A program made the translations under genes and the position numbers. The notes beneath the pieces are model-generated. The model worked only from the letters and a program-made list of their open reading frames with translations. It was not told where the DNA came from and searched no databases. A stretch of 64,000 nucleotides of DNA from Heptranchias perlo (taxonomy: Eukaryota): positions 11,346,001-11,410,000 of the forward strand of contig NC_090363.1 of NCBI RefSeq assembly GCF_035084215.1, given 5' to 3'. Of the stretch, positions 56,736 through 64,000 are shown piece after piece (the stretch's first letter is position 1; the number at the start of each line of letters is the position of its first letter).

Positions 56736-57849
56736 CTCTACTCTTTCACTCTCTTTTCTTTATCTCTATTTTTTCTCATTTTTCTCCGTGCAATCGCCCA
56801 ATGAGCACAAAATGGAGCACAGCTGGAAATCACCAAAATGGCCTCACTTGCAACTATCACTAAACGGCCTCACTTGCACCTAACACAAAATGACCCCCTT
56901 GCACCTAACGCAAAATGGATGTCCTACTATGTAAGTCCCACCACACCTCCCCCGCCCCCCTCCAATGTAATGCTACTCCCAGCTCCCACTAGGAAGCTGC
57001 AATAAAAATTTAAAAATTAGTGACCTGGATTTCTTCTGGCTGTGGATTCATCTTGCCATAAATTTCTCTGGACATGAATTGGACAAAATGGAGCCCAGCT
57101 GGAAATCAACAAAATGGCCTCCTTGCACCTCACACAAAATGGCCCCCTTGCACCTAACACAAAATAGCCCCCTTGCACCTAACACAAAATGGATAATCTC
57201 ACCTAATGCTAAATGACTGTCCAGAATCTAAATGGAGAGTGAGAGAGAAGCCTGGAGATACACCAGTAGGGAGGCAGAGATCAGGGGTTGCAGAGGGAGC
57301 ATAAAAGAGATAAGAACAATAGGTACAGAATTAAAGAGACACACAGAGGCTAACTGGAATTCTAAGCCTTTACACACAGGAGGATCCGAGCCCCAGACAT
57401 ATCCCTCACCGCAGAAAGATGCTCCTCCCATCACCACAGGGAATCACAAACTCAAGCTTGGTATCCCTTATCCCTGAACAGAGAAAGATAAGAGAACAGA
57501 GAGAAGGGAAGAGAGACACAAATATTGGGTGACATAGGAACAGGAGGAGGCCATTCAGCCCCTTGAGCCTGTTCCACTGAACGGTTGGATCATGGCTAAT
57601 CTATACCTCAACTCATCCACAAGAGGGAGAGAGAGAGGGAGAGACGGTGAGGGGAGCAAAGATGAAGAGAGAGGAATAAACATTGGGGTAGGGTTTGACT
57701 TTACGCGATAGTGTAAACTGGGTGATGCTAAATGGGCCACCTGTTTTACATCTCTCCCTATTTTTACCTCAATGGGAAAAAAAACTTGGGCTCCCAATTC
57801 ACTGTCACCCATTTTACACTATCACACAAAGTCAGCATCTACCCCCAGT

Positions 57850-58270
57850 GAGAGGGACTGAGAAACAGAAAACAGGGAGACAGAACAAGCGATGCACAGA
57901 GAATAACAGGGAGGGAGATCACCAGAGAGAGAGAAACTGAGACCAGAAGGCAGAGATATTCAGAGAGAGAGATAAAAAGGACAGAAAGGGATACATAGAT
58001 GCAGAGTAAAAATACAAAGGGATGTAAAGACAGACATAAAGTGATACAGAGACATACAAAGAGATACAGAGATATAAAGGGAAAGATACATATAAAGAGA
58101 GAGGTACAGAGATAAATAGAGAGATACAGAGATTTATAGAGAGAGAGAAACAGATAAAGAGAGAGCATATAAAGAGAGAGCAATACAGAAATATAAAGAG
58201 AGACAGGGGAGATACAGAGGTATAAAGAGGGAGAAAAGGAGATATAAAGAAATGTCGAGATAGAGGTATG
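57850..58270. repeat. GA-rich low-complexity tract
   Basis: Polypurine sequence. Confidence 0.7.
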
Positions 58271-58939
58271 AATGGACCACCCTCGCCCCCTGGTGTAATT
58301 ACCCCCTCTTTGTAATTCCCCTGCCCCAGTATAATTGCCCCCCAATGTAATTTCTCCCCCCCCCCCCCCCCCCCCAGGTGTAATTCTCCCCTGGTGTAAT
58401 TTAGACTCAGGTTTCATTCCAGTTCTACGCCACATTAAGTAAGTCAGCAGCATTCTCGTCTCTGAGTCAGAAGGTCATGGGTTCACAAGGGAGGAAATTA
58501 TCCCCTTACTTTTCTGCTTTTCTCCCTTGAATTCTTTATTCTCTCCCTTCCTTACTGTTTGCCCCATGTTAGCTCTTTCCCTCCCTCTGTGGATCTGTTC
58601 TTCTTCCCATTTCCTCTGCTGAGTTTTTTCAAATTTGGTTTCCCTCCTCTCTCTCTTGGTTCTCTCTTCCCTCCTGCAGCAAGTCCCCTTCTTGCTTAGT
58701 CTCTTCTTTCACACCTTTTCTTCCCTTCTTTCTTTCCCTCTGGTGCCTGTATCTCTCCCCTCATCAATCGCATTGATTGGTGATGTGTGCGTATCAGGGG
58801 TGATGATTCTGTCATACCTAGTAATGTTCGATTTGATAGAAAAAAGTGTCACAAATATCACATATGAGGGACATGTGTCACTGACTGTTCAAAGTGTGTG
58901 TGTCTCAGTGTCACTGGTCGCAAAATGTAACCCAGGTGC

Positions 58940-59562
58940 AGGTGGTGTTATTCCAATGTGCCTGCTGCCCTTGTCCTTCTAGGTGGTAGAGATCGCGGGT
59001 TTGGGAGGTGCTGTCGAAGAAGCCTTGGCGAGTTGCTGCAGTGCATCCTGTGGATGGTACACACCGCAGCCATTGTGCGCCGGTGGTGTAGGGAGTGAAT
59101 GTTTAGGGTGGTGGATGGGGCGCCAATCAAGTGGGCTGCTTTGTCCTGGATGGTGTCGAGCTTCTTGAGTGTTGTTGGAGCTGCACTCATCCAGGCAAGT
59201 GGAGAGTATTCCATCACACTCCTGACTTGTGCCTTGTAGATGGTGGAAAGGCTTTGGGGAGTCAGGAGGTGAGTCCCTCGCCACAGAATACCCAGCCTCT
59301 GACCTGCTCTTGTAGCCACAGTATTTTGTGGCTGGTCCGTTTAAGTTTCTGGTCAATGGTGACCCCCAGGATGTTGATGGTGGGGGATTCGGCGATGGTA
59401 ATGCTGTTGAATGTCAAGGGGAGGTGGTTAGATTCTCTCTTGTTGGAGATGTTCATTGCCTGGCACTTGTCTGGTGCGAATGTTACTTGCCACTTATCAG
59501 CCCAAGATTTTGTTCAGGTCTTGCTGCTTGATTGCACGGACTGCTTCTTTATCTGAGGGGTT
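58940..59562 (-). mobile_element. L2/CR1-group LINE RT C-terminal fragment
   Basis: ATRAGQRLGILWR...YKAQVRSVMEYSPLAW...HRRTMAAVCTIHRMH. Confidence 0.85.
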
Positions 59563-59619
59563 GTTATTATAAACAGCGAGACTGAAATATTTCAGCGTGC
59601 TTTTCAATCAAGAAAAATT

Positions 59620-60320
59620 CAGACAGACAACAGAGAGGGAGAGTGAATGAGAGAGGGAGAGAGACAGGGTGAGATATAGGAGCAGAGAGAGGGGGCCAGG
59701 GATAGGGACAGGGAGAAATAGAGAGAGAGAGAAAGACAAACAGTGACTCAGGTTCAGCTCCTGCACATGTACAGCACACGGCGGGTAAAAGGGAACGATT
59801 CACTCCCTTCTCGTACTGTACGGCTTGTGTGTGTCTCAGTGTCAGGTCCTGTACAGGTACAGCACACAGATAGAATGAGATAGAGAGAGAGACAGAGAAA
59901 ATGAAACAGAGAGATAGACAGAGAAAGAGAATGAGACAAAGAGAGAAAGAGACAGGCAGAGAGAATGAGAGACAGAAAGAGAGAATAAGACAGAAAAAGA
60001 ATGAGACAGAGAAACAGATGGAGAGAAAATGGGAGAGAGGGAGAGTCAAAGAGAGAGACAATGAGACATAATGTGAGACAAAGTGAGACAGAGATACAGA
60101 GCAAGAAACACAAAGTGAGAAGGACAGAGACTGATGATGGCAGAGGGTGAGAGAGAGAGAGAAAAGGAGAAAGGGAGACAAAGAGTTGAGGAAAAGAGAG
60201 AAAGAGAAAGGAAGTCAGAGGGAGAAAGAGAGAGAGAGAGAGAAACAGTGGGAAACAGAGCAGTACTGAATGAGACAGAGGGTGTGTGAGAGAAAGACTG
60301 AAACAGAGAAAAGGACTGGT
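59620..60320. repeat. GA-rich low-complexity tract
   Basis: Polypurine (GA/GACA)n sequence. Confidence 0.75.
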
Positions 60321-60474
60321 ACAAACTCAGATTGACAGATTGGTCGGGTCTGGGGCGCAGGTTGGAGGATGTGGGATGTAGTTTTTAGAAACCTTTATTC
60401 AATATTTTTTTTTAAACACCAATTTTTAAACATAACGACGCTATCTGCACCTGTGTTTTACTTGTTCAATTTCT

Positions 60475-60720
60475 GATCAGATGCTATTTAATGCGGACAA
60501 GTGTGAAGTTATGCACTTTGAGAGGAACAACATTGAGAGGCAGTTTAATCTAAATGGTACTGTTTTGAGGGTGGCGGAAGAGCAGAGGGACCTGAATATT
60601 CACAAATCTTCAAAGATGGCAGATTGATAAGACGGTTAAGAAAGCGTGTGGGATACTTGGCTTTGTAAATAGGGGCACTGAATGGCCTCCTTCTATGCTG
60701 TAATAGTCTATGATTCTGTA
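60475..60720 (+). mobile_element. Internally deleted CR1 fragment
   Basis: QMLFNADKCEVMHF...; tail CTATGATTCT. Confidence 0.65.
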
Positions 60721-61114
60721 ACTGTGTTTCACTTTGTATTTTGTGTCCCTCTGTACAGTGCGAGTCTTTCTCAGTGAGGAGTGGTACTCTGTAACAAATG
60801 TCCCAGTTCTGTGTTAACACAAAATGGTGGCCCTGAACCAACACAAAATTGAGGCCTGTACTTGAATCAAAATCACTGCCTTTTCATTTAACAAAAATGT
60901 CTCCCTCCGTCTGTATCTCCTTCTCTGTACTGAATGGCCTGTGTGGGACTAATTGGATAACTCTTTCAAAGAGCGGCACAGGCACGATGGGCCAAATGGC
61001 CACCTCCTGTGCTGTACCCACTATGATACCATGCATGTCTCAGTGTCATTTACGGTATATGTACAGTACACAGTGGGTAAAAGGAAACGATTCACTCCTG
61101 TCTGGGACATATTG

Positions 61115-61447
61115 AAGGGTGACCGAACCCCGACATGGACCGGAGGGTGACCGAACCCCGACACGTACCAGAGGGTGATCGAACCCCATGATTCGGAGGG
61201 TGACCGAACCCCGGCATGGACCGGAGGCTGACCGAACCCCGGCATGTACCGGAGGCTGACCGAACCCCGGCATGTACCGGAGGCTGACCGAACCCCGGCA
61301 TGTACCGGAGGCTGACTGAACCCCGGCATGTACCGGAGGCTGACCGAACCCCGGCACGTACCGGAGGCTGACCGAAGCCCGGCACGTACCGGAGGCTGAC
61401 CGAACCCCGACACGTACCGGAGGCTGACCGAACCCCGACACGTATCG
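61115..61447. repeat. 28-bp minisatellite (TGACCGAACCCCGGCATGTACCGGAGGC)n, about 12 units
   Basis: Directly visible; CpG-rich. Confidence 0.9.
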
Positions 61448-61629
61448 GTAAGTGATTGAACAAGTTACCTCCTTCAATACTGAAGGGGGAATATAACTAA
61501 ACACGAGGCGCAAGATCATTACTCCCACACCCCCGAGGCACCTGGGCTCATTCCTATGTGATGACAAATTTTGGCTGTCTACCTATATCGTGTTTCACCA
61601 GCTTCACTGCCCTTCTGATGAGGGCTTGC

Positions 61630-62240
61630 ACGGGTTGGAATACAAAGAGCTGAAGTTATGCTAAAGTTTATGAAGCTCGGGTTAGACCCTATCACGAAAA
61701 CTGTGTTCAGTTCTGGGCACCTCACCTCAGGAAGGATGTACTGGCCTTGGAGGGGGTGCAGCGTAGATTCACCAGAATGATAGCGGGGCTAAAAGGGTTA
61801 AATTAGGAGCAGAGGTTGCATAGACTAGGCTTGTATTCCCTCAAGTATAGAAGATTAAGGGGTGATCTAATTAAGGTGATTAAAAGGAGTTGATAGGGTA
61901 GATAGAGAGAAACTATTTCCTCTGGAGGGGGGAGTGCAGAACAAGGGGGCATAACCTTAAAATTAGAGCTCGGCCATTCAGGGGTGATGTCAGGAAGCGT
62001 TTCTTCACACAAAGGGGAGTGGAAATCTGGGACTCTCTCCCCCAAAAAGCTGTCAAGGCTGGGGGTCAATTGAAAATGTCAAAACGGAGATTGATAGATT
62101 TTTGTTAGGCGAGGGTATTAAGGGTTACGGAACCAAGGCGGGAAGATGGAGTTAAGATACAGATCAGCCATAATCAAAATGAACGGGGGAACAGGCTCGG
62201 GGTGGGGGGTTGAATGGCCTGCTGCCGTTCCTACATAACA
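61630..62240 (+). mobile_element. CR1 3' fragment
   Basis: CVQFWAPHLRKDVLALEGVQRRFTRMIAGLKGL...RLRGDLI. Confidence 0.8.
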
Positions 62241-62879
62241 GGCTGGAAGGACTGAACGGCCTCCTGTTCCGAACGCACGAGCTGCCTTCGCGTCACGCTG
62301 GAAGAGAGTTTTGAAAGGAGGAACACAGGGGACACCAGGTGCTTTGGAAGTCTTTACATTTGAAGAAGAAAGTGCTTTAGGCAAAAAAACAGGGAAAGAT
62401 TTCTCAACATTCCAAAGCCGTCCAGTACAAGAACAGAAGCATTAGCTTACAAAGAAAAAAAAACTCCTTCATTTTCCAAAATACAAAATAAATTTTACAC
62501 AAACAAAAAAAAAACAACTTTATTTTTATATAATATATATATTTATATATATGTAGAATTTTTTAATTACAGAATAGCAAAATAAACTCTTCTCCCAAAA
62601 GACCCCAAGCATCTTGAAAGGAGTCCGACTCCCATCTTGCTGAGTTAACCCTTTCCTGTCGGCATTGGGTTTACGTTCAATTAAACAAGCGATACAGAAA
62701 CAGGGAGCACGGGCAGGGAAATCTTACAACAGATTCATATTTCTATGTCTGGAAAAAGAAATCTGAATGACAGACAGGCAGCCCCACAAACCCCACTTTC
62801 ACCCTACTTCTCAACAGACCCTTCCCCCCCCCCCCACATTACACCACCCCCTAAGCATTCCTGGGTCTAACTAAACCCT

Positions 62880-63035
62880 GGAACTTCCCACCTAACAGAA
62901 ACTGCGGGAGCACCTTCACCACACAGGACTGCAGCGGTTCAAGAATGCGCCACCTTTCTCAAGGGGCAATCGGGGGACGGGCAATAAATGCCAGCCTTGC
63001 CCGCGACGATCACATACCCAGAGTGGATTTTTTTC
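62880..63035 (+). mobile_element. L2/CR1-group LINE 3' tail
   Basis: GGACTGCAGCGGTTCAAG...GGGCAATAAATGCCAGCCTTGCC. Confidence 0.7.
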
Positions 63036-63175
63036 TAAACTCAGACTCGTTGTGGTGGGGACGAGATCTTTGTACCACCCAGACCCCCCCACCCTCACCC
63101 CCCCCGGGCAGGGCTTCTCTTGTCCGTAACAGCAGTTCACACACAGCGCTACACTGCCACCTCCTGGTGGGTGGG

Positions 63176-63340
63176 ATAGTCCTACAGGGGATGGGGAAGG
63201 AACTTGTGATAGTCCTACAAGGGACGGGGAAGGAACTTGCGATAGTCCTACAAGGGACGGGGAAGGAGCTTGCGATAGTCCTACAAGGGACGGGGAAGGA
63301 GCTTGCGATAGTCCTACAAGGGACGGGGAAGGAACTTGGG
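63176..63340. repeat. 33-bp minisatellite (GATAGTCCTACAAGGGACGGGGAAGGAACTTGC)n, 5 units
   Basis: Directly visible. Confidence 0.85.
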
Positions 63341-63701
63341 GTTCTCCTCCTCCTCTGTAACAGGGAGGGGGGGGCAACTTAGTTTCCCGAACCCAAGTCT
63401 AGCATCTTCCAAAAGACAAGGAGGGAGGGGAGAGTGGGGAAATAAAGACTGCAAACGTGTAGCACAAGATTGCGGCTGAATGAGTTTACAGCGAACAGCT
63501 ATTGGGACCCTGCGAGACAGGCTCGCTGGCAGGAAATGGCCGACTGCAGTATCACAATGGAAAGCAACAGGCGGGTGATGTCAACTTGCGATCGAGGCTT
63601 CATCGGCGCCCAATAGCGAATGGCCGACGGTGACATCGTTCGTGGGTCAAGAGGATTGACTGGAGTCTGGATTCTCACTCTGTTTAAGGGGCCTTGTAGT
63701 G

Positions 63702-63930
63702 GGGGGCGATTTTTAAACCCCAAGAACGGGCGGGTTGGGAGTTGAAAATAGTTGTTTTTTTGGGTCGCGACCGCAACCCGGCTTTATTTCCGGGTTTAAC
63801 CTCGGCACGGAGAAGTCCAGGCTTCACACTGGGGAATGCAAAGTCCCAAAATTTCGCGGCCCAAAGAAACCAACTATTTTCAACGCCCACCCGCCCCACA
63901 ACCCGCCCGTTCTTGGGGTTTAAAAATGGT
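63702..63930. mobile_element. Hairpin MITE
   Basis: Long TIRs ATTTTAAACCCCAAGAACGGGCGGGTTG / CAACCCGCCCGTTCTTGGGGTTTAAAAT and inner GTTGAAAATAGTTG / CAACTATTTTCAAC. Confidence 0.8.
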
Positions 63931-64000
63931 GTGGGAATGGGTTTTAACTCTTTATGGTGGCACTGGCTCTCGCTGTCACCTAGGGCGACTGTTCCACTTG

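Overview
This window is eukaryotic, repeat-rich genomic DNA, most likely from a cartilaginous fish. That assignment is inferred from the CR1 (GATTCTAT)n tails, DeuSINE/SacSINE1-like SINEs, Harbinger MITEs and the GPR139-like paralog array. It is not prokaryotic, so there are no operons or CRISPR arrays. The left half carries three intact two-exon class A GPCR genes of a GPR139/GPR142-like family (+, -, +) and a 3' remnant of a fourth. The right half carries two tandem six-exon TRIM genes (RING-Bbox-coiled coil-PRY/SPRY) on the minus strand. Between and within these genes are a near-intact full-length CR1 LINE, a decayed Harbinger transposon (transposase plus Myb/SANT gene), Tx1/L1 and L2-like fragments, SINEs, MITEs, two possible solo LTRs and many minisatellites. 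Four signals stand out. (1) All three divergent GPCR paralogs share an identically spaced promoter module, TGTTTGTT-N14-TAAT-N8-TTATGTAA-N31-TATA, and combine conserved intracellular loops with variable pocket-side segments, which suggests a co-regulated sensory or immune receptor repertoire. (2) One TRIM paralog has an in-frame 23-aa duplication in the PRY/V1 region. (3) The same paralog keeps a perfect IRF element that is mutated in its twin. (4) There are tandem arrays of the PBX-MEIS/PREP decamer TGATTGACAG. Exon models were derived by hand from GT-AG sites and reading frame; no database search was possible.
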